Source of the DNA: an uncultured Clostridia bacterium
GTDB taxonomy: Bacteria > Bacillota > Clostridia > Oscillospirales > CAG-272
Assembly (NCBI GenBank): GCA_947625805.1
Contig: CANQPT010000004.1
Location: 13,829 to 77,828, forward strand
Direction: 5' to 3'
Length of the DNA: 64,000 nucleotides
This document shows, one piece after another, positions 1 through 7,315 of the stretch. The position numbers and the translations under genes were made by a program. The notes beneath the pieces are model-generated. The model was not told the origin of the DNA and did no database searches. It worked only from the letters and a program-made list of their open reading frames with translations. Numbering within the stretch: the stretch's first letter is position 1; each line of letters begins with the position of its first letter.

Positions 1-1116
1 AGTAAAGGAAATACCTTCGACCTTGCCGTCCTCGGATGTCTTAACGATTTTTGCAGAACCGGGGATTTCCTCATTTACGGCGTTTATCGTAACAAGTCCG
101 TTGTTAGTCTTATCGACCGTAACAGTCCACTCGGTCTTGCCCGAAGCTCGGTAGTTTGTCGGAAAAACAGTTTCCTTTACCGTATAAGTTCCATACGGCA
201 CAGGGGTTTCAGATTTGGCATAGCCGCTGCTGTTGGTTGGTCCGATTTTATAAGTCTTACCGGTGTCATTGTTTGTGGCTACGAAAACTGCACCCGCAAG
301 TGCCTTGCCGTAAGTGTCTTTCTTATACACTTCGATTTCACCGTCAGATTCAAAAATATCTTCGGGCAAGTGATAATAAGCGTTAGGATAGGACGATTTA
401 TCGCCTGCCTGCGACATCCAATCGACACGGGAAATCTCCGGTCCACGCTCATTCCCGACGTGGATAATGAAGTCAATCCCTCTGTATGTTCCGGAATAAA
501 CGGCGATATGAACATGTGAGTTTGTAGAGTCCCCGAAAATGATAAGGTCGCCGGGGGCTAACTTGCTTCTGTCAACATTCGAGGGAGCAGTACCGATTTT
601 CTCAACTTTGCCTGCACTTGCAAGATTTGCGAGAGCAGTCTGCCAAGTAACAACAGCCTGAGAGTTCATACCCGTAGCGTTGATCGCATCGGTGATGAAC
701 TGTGTGTCAGCACCTTCGATATTCGGGAGATAGTTGCATACAAAGTAGGTCACAAACGAAGCGCAACACATACCGTTCTGCTCAAACCTTGAAATAGCCG
801 GTGCTTTTCTTGTAACGGTACTACTATCATCTACCGTTTCCTTGCCGGACAGAGCCGTTCCGTAGGAAATGTTCGATAAAATCGAGGACGGCGTTCTTGA
901 ACCGTAATAGTAGTCCTGATAGAGCGTACCGTTGTTTTTCTGCTGTTGCACATCATAACCGGTATATTCCAATGCACGAAGGATAGCGTGATCCTTCATA
1001 TTTTCAGGAAGATCCGAGGCAGGGGCAGCAAAGCTCGTCAACGGCAATGCGACAACTATCATTACGACTGCAAGCAAAGCCGACATCAGCTTAGGAAATT
1101 TCTTCTTAATTTTCAT
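1..1116 (-). CDS. Secreted NlpC/P60 (CHAP-like) cell-wall hydrolase fused to Cna-B/SpaA-type fold domain; 3' end runs off the window
   Basis: Not in the ORF track because it stays open to the window edge. Hand translation from the ATG at 1116-1114 gives a signal peptide (MKIKKKFPKLMSALLAVVMIVVALPLTSFAAP). A Cys/His hydrolase core follows (NGMCCASFVTYF ... NSHVHIAVYSG). Then comes a Cna-B-like stretch (GEIEVYKKDTYGKALAGAVFVATNNDTGKTYKIGPTNSSGYAKSETPVPYGTYTVKETVFPTNY). This architecture is typical of conjugative-element hydrolases. Confidence 0.75.
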   Translation of the reverse strand, partial: MKIKKKFPKLMSALLAVVMIVVALPLTSFAAPASDLPENMKDHAILRALEYTGYDVQQQKNNGTLYQDYYYGSRTPSSILSNISYGTALSGKETVDDSSTVTRKAPAISRFEQNGMCCASFVTYFVCNYLPNIEGADTQFITDAINATGMNSQAVVTWQTALANLASAGKVEKIGTAPSNVDRSKLAPGDLIIFGDSTNSHVHIAVYSGTYRGIDFIIHVGNERGPEISRVDWMSQAGDKSSYPNAYYHLPEDIFESDGEIEVYKKDTYGKALAGAVFVATNNDTGKTYKIGPTNSSGYAKSETPVPYGTYTVKETVFPTNYRASGKTEWTVTVDKTNNGLVTINAVNEEIPGSAKIVKTSEDGKVEGISFT

Positions 1117-1198
1117 TATATCTTGTCCTTTCTGTTTTAAGATAAAAAAATAACGCCTGACTATTACATCAAGCGTTAGGTGGGTGGGTATTCTGTTT

Positions 1199-2110
1199 TT
1201 ATCCGCCGTAGTTTTTACTGCTCACACAAATGCAGCAGTACCAAATTGAACTTGCTTCGTCATAAGTACAACCGACTGCGATATATGAATATTCGCTTGA
1301 GCCGAGATAACTCCAATGGCTTGAACTGTTCTTAAAACCGTTAGCGATCCTTTGTGCTATCTCGTCAACCGTTCCCGTCCAATTACCTTTGGCAATGGCT
1401 TCACGGTTATATCCCTGATAGTAACTGTCGCTTTCGTTCATACCATACAAGGTCATATCCACAAACTCACCATACTGTAAGGCATTGCAAGCATCAATTC
1501 CGTCCGTGTGGACGAAGTTGGTAACAAGTTGATTACTGCGGTAACGGGCAACGCTCGTAAGACCGCTTAAAACTGTCGCTTTTGTGGAACGGTATTGATT
1601 GATATATGCTGCAACCAATGTTTCAACCTCTGAACGTTCAGGAACTTGATACACGGTTTCAGGTTCGCTCTCGTTTTCAGGCTCTTTGCTTTTCTCAGTC
1701 GGGTTTGTAGTCGGCTGAGTAGGCTCAGTCTGTTGGGTTTCAGCAGGCTTTGTTTCTGCGGATTTATTTTTAGTTTTCTCGGTTGTCTTTGGGATTTCTT
1801 CCGTTGGTTTACTCTCCGAAGAAAAAGCAGGTTTTTTGTCCTCTTTTTCTTGGATTTCGGCAGGCTCTGAAACAACTTTATTTTCGGTCGATGAAGCGGC
1901 GCTTTCTGTTTCGATAATGCTCGGTTCATCAGTTAAGTTCTCGTCTTGTTTTAGCTCCGAAAATTGACCAACCGACGAAGAACTGATTTCGGTGTTTTGC
2001 GGCAGTTCACTCGACTTTGAGCATCCTACAAGCAATATCATCAGCAGAATTAACAGAATGGGTAAAATGTGTTTTCTTATAAACTCACGCTCCTTTGCTT
2101 TTCTACCCAC
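1199..2110 (-). CDS. Lipoprotein with low-complexity E/P/T/K linker and C-terminal CAP/SCP (PR-1-like) domain
   Basis: GTG start. Lipobox LLVGC|SKSS follows a basic n-region. The C-terminus (YINQYRS...HWSYLGSSEYSYIAVGC) resembles the CAP domain. Confidence 0.7.
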   Translation of the reverse strand: MGRKAKEREFIRKHILPILLILLMILLVGCSKSSELPQNTEISSSSVGQFSELKQDENLTDEPSIIETESAASSTENKVVSEPAEIQEKEDKKPAFSSESKPTEEIPKTTEKTKNKSAETKPAETQQTEPTQPTTNPTEKSKEPENESEPETVYQVPERSEVETLVAAYINQYRSTKATVLSGLTSVARYRSNQLVTNFVHTDGIDACNALQYGEFVDMTLYGMNESDSYYQGYNREAIAKGNWTGTVDEIAQRIANGFKNSSSHWSYLGSSEYSYIAVGCTYDEASSIWYCCICVSSKNYGG

Positions 2111-2149
2111 ATTGTACGAATATTTTTGTACTCCGACAAAGGTGCGAAT

Positions 2150-2332
2150 TTATGAGGGTAAACTTAAATCATAACAACCACCTCCTTCAAGTGTGAATTG
2201 TGCGTTTTCTTTATGAGAAAGACATATACTTTGAGATAGTTTATTCAGAGATAGTATATATCTTTTTCGGTAAGTTAGCTTGTAATCAGGGGTTAGAGTG
2301 TGAGAAAGGGGAACGGAAAATTTGTACTCCAT
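2150..2332 (-). CDS. Hypothetical 60-aa ORF starting immediately after the parB stop (TAA-ATG)
   Basis: The ATG at 2332 directly abuts the parB stop at 2333-2335. The sequence is not recognisably protein-like, and it overlaps repeated DNA motifs. Confidence 0.2.
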   Translation of the reverse strand: MEYKFSVPLSHTLTPDYKLTYRKRYILSLNKLSQSICLSHKENAQFTLEGGGCYDLSLPS

Positions 2333-3292
2333 TTACCTCGAGTCACGCTCGGCACGTTTTCGCAAAAAGTTGTTGTAATGCTCTAATGCCTTGCAAACAA
2401 AATCCTCCGTTTTACTAAGTGGGACACTCTTTGGAATGAGTTGTCGCACACGATCACCACGAAGGACTATCTTTTCACGCTGATTCGGTTTTTGTTCGGA
2501 CATAATGGCTTGGATTGCTTCAGGTGTGAGTTTTCCTTCCTCAAACATCTTTCGCATACGGATTGTTTGATCGTGGGAAGGGGTACAGTCATTCAGGTCG
2601 ATTTCCTCAACAACATCCCGCTGACAATCTTCATCAAGATACGATAATTCAACGGCAGGTTTTAATGCCATTTGCAAAGAGTCCTTATCCTTGAGTACAG
2701 AATTATCCACCATATCAAGCAATTCAGGAATTAGGTTAGTTAAGCGAATATATCTCCGGACTGTTTCGCCGCTTTTATCTGCGACTGTATCTCTGCTTTT
2801 CTTTCCGTCAGACTTGTGCAACTCGGTTGCACAAGTTAAGTTGCTTCGTTTTCCTTGCCGTGCCATAGCTTCAAGTCGCATCTTGTATGCAAAAGCTCTC
2901 TCAGAGGGAAGCTGCTGTGTTCGTTGGTAGTTACTTTCTACCATTAAGATTATGGCTTCATCTCTTGTGAGTTCAACAACTTCGCATCTCAGGGTTTCAA
3001 AGTCTGCAAGCTCACACGCTCTTTTTCGCCTATGACCTGAAATGAGTTCATATCTGCCATCTTTCTTTTGCCTTACCATTGCGGGGGTTATAACACCACG
3101 TTCTTTGATACTCTCAACGAGCCGATCCATATCTTCATCATCTTGAACTCTATATGGGTGGTCGGGAAAGTCATCGATCAGTTCCAGTGGAATATCTCGG
3201 ATTTTGGCGAGTTTTTCATCATCTCTCATTTCCTGAGTCGAGAAAATATCATCGAACTTGGGCAGAGTGAAGTCGCTCTTTCTTCCTGCCAT
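2333..3292 (-). CDS. parB: ParB/Spo0J-like partition / nuclease-domain protein of a mobile element
   Basis: ParB N-terminal box (ERGVITPAMVRQKKDGRYELISGHRRKRACELA). RBS GGAGGTG sits upstream of the ATG. It overlaps the parA 3' end by 44 nt. Confidence 0.85.
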   Translation of the reverse strand: MAGRKSDFTLPKFDDIFSTQEMRDDEKLAKIRDIPLELIDDFPDHPYRVQDDEDMDRLVESIKERGVITPAMVRQKKDGRYELISGHRRKRACELADFETLRCEVVELTRDEAIILMVESNYQRTQQLPSERAFAYKMRLEAMARQGKRSNLTCATELHKSDGKKSRDTVADKSGETVRRYIRLTNLIPELLDMVDNSVLKDKDSLQMALKPAVELSYLDEDCQRDVVEEIDLNDCTPSHDQTIRMRKMFEEGKLTPEAIQAIMSEQKPNQREKIVLRGDRVRQLIPKSVPLSKTEDFVCKALEHYNNFLRKRAERDSR

Positions 3293-4073
3293 CGTCTAAC
3301 ACCTCCTTTGAAAATTCGGTGTATGCTTTGGACACCGTACTATTGGGTTCGTAGGCGTAAATGCTTTTACCTTTGGAACTGACCTCTGCCGCTTTGATTG
3401 CAATGGGAATGTAGGTGTTATATATCTTAATATAACTTCCAAAATTCTCACGCAAAGCGTCTATGGTGCTTTTGGCAAGGTTTGTTCTGTTGTCTACAAG
3501 GGTTAAGAGAATACCGTCTATGCTGAGTTTAGGATTGATATGTTTCTTTACCTTTGTAATAGTTCTCATCAACTGTGTCATACACTTCGCCGGAAGGTAA
3601 TGTGCCTGAACGGGAATGATTACGCTATCTGCCGCCGATAAAGCATTAAGAGTCATCATACCGAGCGAAGGTGAGCAGTCGATAATAATATAATCGTAGT
3701 TGTGTTTCACTTCGTTAAGGTAGTTTCTCAAAATAGCTTCACGGTTCATTGCAGTTACAAGACTGATTTCAAAATCGAAAAGGTCGCTGTTTGAGGGAAT
3801 AAGGTCAACACCTTCTTTATGATGTAGAATACCTTTTAGTGGATCTTTGCATTTATCCTGCATAACTTCAACCATTTTGTCCGATAATGCAACGGGGAGA
3901 TTGTCTGTATCTTGCCAACCAAGGCAAGTCGTGAGGTCGCCCTGTGGATCGGCATCTACAAGGAGTACCTTTTTACCTTGCATTGCCAAGCCTACACCTA
4001 AGTTGACGGTGGTAGTCGTTTTTCCAACACCGCCTTTCTGATTACATATAGCAATCGTATTGCAGTTAGGCAT
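3249..4073 (-). CDS. parA: ParA/Soj-family partition ATPase
   Basis: Deviant Walker A (IAICNQKGGVGKTTTTVNLG) followed by VLLVDADPQGDLT. Confidence 0.9.
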   Translation of the reverse strand: MPNCNTIAICNQKGGVGKTTTTVNLGVGLAMQGKKVLLVDADPQGDLTTCLGWQDTDNLPVALSDKMVEVMQDKCKDPLKGILHHKEGVDLIPSNSDLFDFEISLVTAMNREAILRNYLNEVKHNYDYIIIDCSPSLGMMTLNALSAADSVIIPVQAHYLPAKCMTQLMRTITKVKKHINPKLSIDGILLTLVDNRTNLAKSTIDALRENFGSYIKIYNTYIPIAIKAAEVSSKGKSIYAYEPNSTVSKAYTEFSKEVLDDGRKKERLHSAQVR

Positions 4074-4099
4074 TGTCTTTGCTCCTTTCTTATAGATTT

Positions 4100-4540
4100 A
4101 GCATCTTATTGTAAGGTGCTATGTAAAGACCGAAGTGACATTTTTCTTCGGTCTAATGTTTTGTATTGCAATATTTGTTCTCAACACCCCTTGCAAGGGA
4201 AGTACATAGGTAGCGGTGTGCTTCACCGCATCATAGGAATCTCACCTCAGCCGGGTTCTCCGCCTGCTCCGTAGAGAAGTATCATTATCATTCTGACTGT
4301 CATCGCCTTATCAGGGGCAACCTGATATTAATAACGGGGTTTCTCGCTCGTTCCAATAGGAAGTCTCGGCGTACCCGTTAAGGTGGCTAATCATCAGAAC
4401 TAAAGTCCTACGTACCTGATATTCGATTTTTAAGGAACGGTGAAAGAGCTGCTACTTAATGAAGTTGAAAACAACCCTTTCACTAATTCCGACTGTGAGG
4501 GGGCTTTTGACAACCCTAAATTAAAAATTTTTTGAAAAAA
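4100..4540. other. ORF-free, hairpin-dense segment between parA and two minus-strand terminators (candidate structured RNA / ssDNA origin / oriT)
   Basis: No ORF of 60 aa or more lies here. Stems are seen at 4128-4153, 4188-4199 (palindrome CCCTTGCAAGGG), 4213-4229, 4309-4327 and 4332-4380. Confidence 0.3.
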
Positions 4541-4585
4541 TAAAAAAGCTACCCAATTCTCGAACGGAAAGGGTGGCTCAAATAG

Positions 4586-4619
4586 AAAAACACCGTTTCG
4601 TCAAACTATCGAAACGGTG
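4586..4619 (-). terminator. Rho-independent terminator after the small ORF 4667-4846
   Basis: On the minus strand, CACCGTTTCG-loop-CGAAACGGTG is followed by TTTTT. A second weaker hairpin plus T-run lies at about 4540-4575. Confidence 0.6.
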
Positions 4620-4666
4620 CTATCTGAATAATATTTAATTGCAATTTGAATATTGACCTAATATAC

Positions 4667-4846
4667 TTATATATAGAGGACACGAAAAGTCTTTTTCTTT
4701 GCCTTCTTTATCTTCATAATTACTTCGTCAATTCCATCGGTGTACTTGCCGCTTTGGATTAACTTATTTCTCTTGTTCATTAAAGAGGAAAGAATATCAA
4801 AGTATTCACGGTCATCCAAATTTATGTAATAGTTCTTGTTTCTCAT
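4667..4846 (-). CDS. Small hypothetical protein (59 aa) of the mobile element
   Basis: The track ORF is 4667..4852. AGGAGG sits 8 nt upstream of the second ATG (4846). The product is lysine-rich with no recognised domain. Confidence 0.4.
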   Translation of the reverse strand: MRNKNYYINLDDREYFDILSSLMNKRNKLIQSGKYTDGIDEVIMKIKKAKKKTFRVLYI

Positions 4847-4989
4847 AACCATTACCTCCTGAGACCTTTATTATAATATAAGGAAAGTCTTTCTGTGAAA
4901 TATGCGCTGAGTGAAGCAATAATACAGAATAACAAAGGGACTATAAGGTACGAGATAAAACAAGGTCGAACTATAATAAGCACACTTTT

Positions 4990-5086
4990 CAATTAGCACG
5001 ATTTTTAGCACGATTTTCTGAGCGATTAGCAGAAAGTCGATTTTCATTAGCAAAAATGGGGGTATCTTGCTAATTTGATTAGCAAG
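4990..5086. repeat. TTAGCA-core iteron cluster (candidate parS/centromere or replication iterons)
   Basis: A perfect tandem TTAGCACGATTT x2 lies at 4993-5016. Single copies follow as GATTAGCAGAAAG and CATTAGCAAAAAT. A palindrome, CTTGCTAAT-ttg-ATTAGCAAG, lies at about 5065-5085. Confidence 0.6.
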
Positions 5087-5184
5087 GTTTTCAAGGGATA
5101 GGGAGTCCGCAACCAAAGAGAAATAGAACGCTCACTGTAAGAAATCCGAGCCGAGAAAATTAGGACACCCAATAAATAAGTAAA

Positions 5185-5224
5185 GCCGAAAACCTTGAAA
5201 ATACAAGGCTTTCGGCGTTTTTTG
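5185..5224. terminator. Hairpin with flanking T/A runs immediately downstream of tRNA-Arg (bidirectional terminator)
   Basis: GCCGAAAACCTTG-loop-AAGGCTTTCGGC is followed by GTTTTTTG on the plus strand. On the minus strand it lies directly 3' of the tRNA. Confidence 0.55.
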
Positions 5225-5301
5225 TGGCGTCCTCGCCCGGATTCGAACCGGGGGCGTTCCGCTTAGGAGGCGGACCCTCTATCCTGCTGAGGTACGAGGA
5301 C
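5225..5301 (-). tRNA. tRNA-Arg(CCT), intact, CCA encoded
   Basis: Hand-folded 77 nt. The parts are acceptor GTCCTCG/CGAGGAC, D arm CCTC-AGCAGGATA-GAGG, anticodon arm TCCGC-CTCCTAA-GCGGA (anticodon CCT), T arm CCCGG-TTCGAAT-CCGGG, and discriminator G plus CCA. Confidence 0.9.
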
Positions 5302-5364
5302 ATCTATGAAATTTTATCAATATTACCGCTTGCCTTTTTAAGAAAGGCAAGCGATTTAGTACAA

Positions 5365-5406
5365 CCTTAGGAGGCGGTCGCTCTATCCAGACTGAGCTAC
5401 AGCGAC
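5365..5406 (-). pseudogene. 5' half of a second, different tRNA-Arg(CCT), truncated just after the anticodon loop
   Basis: GTCGCTG-TA-GCTC-AGTCTGGATA-GAGC-G-ACCGC-CTCCTAA-GG, then unrelated AT-rich sequence. There is no 3' anticodon-stem strand, T arm or acceptor 3' strand. Confidence 0.75.
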
Positions 5407-5425
5407 ATTTCACAAAAACTCTTAA

Positions 5426-5454
5426 ATTGTACCCGCAAATCAGAAAGCTGTCAA
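5426..5454 (-). promoter_or_regulatory. Sigma-A type promoter upstream of the truncated tRNA
   Basis: On the minus strand, TTGACA-17 nt-TACAAT. About 19 nt separate the -10 from the tRNA 5' end. An A-rich tract lies upstream. Confidence 0.6.
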
Positions 5455-5577
5455 TCGCCTTTTTTGGCCCGGCGGGTGTTCCGACGCTTTCTCAGGGGTA
5501 CTATATCCATTTAACTAAGGCGGATATTGGTAGTTACTATATTTTATCATACAAAGGGCATTTTTTCAAGTATTTAC

Positions 5578-5606
5578 TTGAAAAGAATTATCATCTGTTG
5601 TATAAT
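5578..5606 (+). promoter_or_regulatory. Sigma-A type promoter for the small ORF and glyQS
   Basis: TTGAAA-17 nt-TATAAT. Confidence 0.6.
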
Positions 5607-5634
5607 AGATATGATTAAATGTGGAGGAAACAGT

Positions 5635-5802
5635 ATGAACGGTGTAAAAAATTTTGCGATCGCATTCTGCATTTCTCTTGTGATCTTCGGTCTGCTGGCG
5701 TTTATTATCGTGCAATTCATGTGGCCAAGCGCCTCGAGTGCGCACCCGGCTGTACCCACCGATTTCAGTGAACAAACCATAGAAACAGGAGATACAATAT
5801 GA
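5635..5802 (+). CDS. Small single-pass membrane protein (55 aa)
   Basis: GGAGGAAACAGT-ATG. One TM segment ([22 protein letters not shown]). The stop overlaps the first glyQS ATG (ATGA). The track start at 5527 lies upstream of the promoter and was therefore rejected. Confidence 0.5.
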   Translation: MNGVKNFAIAFCISLVIFGLLAFIIVQFMWPSASSAHPAVPTDFSEQTIETGDTI

Positions 5803-7193
5803 GATCTGAAGAAAAAACCATGGACAAAATCGTCTCCCTTTGCAAAAACAGAGGGTTTATCTATCCCGGCTCGGAGATCTACGGGGGGCTTGCCAACGCC
5901 TGGGACTACGGCCCGCTGGGTGTAGAGTTCAAAAACAACGTCAAACGGGCATGGTGGAAGAAATTCGTGCAGGAGAATCCCTATAACGTGGGGCTTGACT
6001 CTGCGATCCTGATGAATTCGCAGGTATGGGTGGCATCCGGACACGTGACCACTTTCAACGATCCGCTGATCGACTGCAAAGCCTGCAAGATGCGCCACCG
6101 GGCGGACAAGTTGATCGAGGACTGGTGCGCACAGACCGGCGATACGAAAACCAACGTCGAGGCAATGACCAACGAGGATCTGGTCGCCTTTATCCGCGAC
6201 AAACAGGTTCCCTGTCCCGGTTGCGGAAAAAGCGATTTCACCGACATCCGTAAATTCAACCTGATGTTCAAGACCCACCAGGGCGTGACCGAGGACAGTT
6301 CGACCGAGGTTTACCTGCGGCCGGAAACCGCGCAGGGTATTTTCGTTAATTTCAAAAACATTCAGCGCACCACCCGACGCAAGGTGCCGTTCGGCGTTGC
6401 GCAGATCGGTAAGAGTTTCCGCAACGAGATCACCCCCGGCAACTTCATCTTCCGTATTCGCGAATTTGAGCAGATGGAACTTGAGTTCTTCTGCAAGCCG
6501 GGCACGGACCTTGAGTGGTTTGCATACTGGCGTAAATTCTGCCATGATTTTCTGATCGGACTGGGTATGGAGGATTCCAACCTGCGGCTTCGCGACCACG
6601 AGCCGGAGGAACTGTCTTTCTATTCCAAAGCGACAACCGACTTTGAGTTCCTTTTCCCGTTCGGATGGGGCGAGTTGTGGGGGATCGCGGATCGTACCGA
6701 TTACGACCTGACCCGGCATTCCGAGCACTCGGGCGAGCCGATGGAATATTTTGATCCGCAGACAAACGAAAAATACATCCCGTATGTGATAGAGCCGTCT
6801 CTGGGCGCGGATCGCGTCACGCTTGCCTTTTTGTGCAACGCCTACGACGAGCAAGAGATCGCCGAGGGCGACGTGCGCACGGTTCTGCATCTGCACCCGG
6901 CGCTTGCACCAGTCAAAGCGGCAATACTGCCTCTGTCCAAAAAACTCTCGGACAAGGCGGCTGAACTTTACACGACGCTCTCAAAGCGCTACAACGTAGA
7001 ATTCGACGACGCAGGCTCGATCGGAAAGCGCTACCGTCGGCAGGACGAGATCGGCACGCCGTTCTGCATCTGTTACGACTTCGATTCGGAAAACGACGGC
7101 TGCGTCACCATTCGGGATCGCGACACCATGGAACAAATCCGTCTGCCGATCGGAGAGATCCCGGCATATTTAGACGAGAAAATCGACTTTTGA
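5799..7193 (+). CDS. glyQS: Glycine--tRNA ligase, alpha2 (GlyQS) type
   Basis: [49 protein letters not shown]. The start may be the second ATG at 5820. Confidence 0.95.
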   Translation: MRSEEKTMDKIVSLCKNRGFIYPGSEIYGGLANAWDYGPLGVEFKNNVKRAWWKKFVQENPYNVGLDSAILMNSQVWVASGHVTTFNDPLIDCKACKMRHRADKLIEDWCAQTGDTKTNVEAMTNEDLVAFIRDKQVPCPGCGKSDFTDIRKFNLMFKTHQGVTEDSSTEVYLRPETAQGIFVNFKNIQRTTRRKVPFGVAQIGKSFRNEITPGNFIFRIREFEQMELEFFCKPGTDLEWFAYWRKFCHDFLIGLGMEDSNLRLRDHEPEELSFYSKATTDFEFLFPFGWGELWGIADRTDYDLTRHSEHSGEPMEYFDPQTNEKYIPYVIEPSLGADRVTLAFLCNAYDEQEIAEGDVRTVLHLHPALAPVKAAILPLSKKLSDKAAELYTTLSKRYNVEFDDAGSIGKRYRRQDEIGTPFCICYDFDSENDGCVTIRDRDTMEQIRLPIGEIPAYLDEKIDF

Positions 7194-7200
7194 TGCAAAA

Positions 7201-7276
7201 TCAAATACAAAGCGGGTCATCAAATACAAAGCGGGTCATCAAATACAAAGCGGGTCATCAAATACAAAGCGGGTCA
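7201..7276. repeat. Four perfect tandem copies of a 19-bp unit, TCAAATACAAAGCGGGTCA
   Basis: Read directly from the sequence. The copies are contiguous with no spacers. The last copy supplies the 5' arm of the terminator hairpin. Confidence 0.9.
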
Positions 7277-7300
7277 CTTTCCTTACAGAAAGTGACCCGC
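7269..7300. terminator. Bidirectional terminator between the convergent glyQS and tsf genes
   Basis: GCGGGTCACTTT-ccttacag-AAAGTGACCCGC, a 12-bp stem. Confidence 0.7.
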
Positions 7301-7315
7301 TCGTTTATACGATAT

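Noticed and set aside
4100-4540. Known large RNAs (tmRNA, RNase P RNA, 6S RNA, group II intron domain V) in the ORF-free segment
   Set aside because: I could not find their hallmark sequences: no tRNA-like end with GGTTCGAATCC...CCA, no GAGGAAAGTCC-type P4 element, and no domain V with a GNRA loop flanked by complementary AGC/GU stems. The region is kept only as an unclassified candidate.
4871-5116. 81-aa minus-strand ORF
   Set aside because: It coincides with the TTAGCA iteron array and an AT-rich spacer. Its product is a string of hydrophobic and low-complexity residues with no RBS. The DNA repeats explain the region better.
5455-5800. T-box leaders upstream of glyQS (and valS at 17044-17101)
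   Set aside because: No T-box consensus (..GGTGGTACCGCG..) or specifier/terminator architecture is visible. The glyQS upstream region is occupied by a promoter and a small membrane-protein ORF, and the valS upstream spacer is only 58 nt.
5574-6896. 440-aa ORF antisense to glyQS
   Set aside because: It lies entirely inside, and opposite to, an unmistakable glycine-tRNA ligase gene. Its product is Arg/Gly/Val-rich and low in information, typical of shadow ORFs in GC-rich DNA. The same reasoning applies to 9644-10336, 10852-11448, 15721-16425, 7788-8432 and 30890-31633.
7201-7276. Possible CRISPR array
   Set aside because: The 19-bp units are directly contiguous with no spacers, and there are only four copies. 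This is a simple tandem repeat. No CRISPR array or cas gene was seen anywhere in the window.
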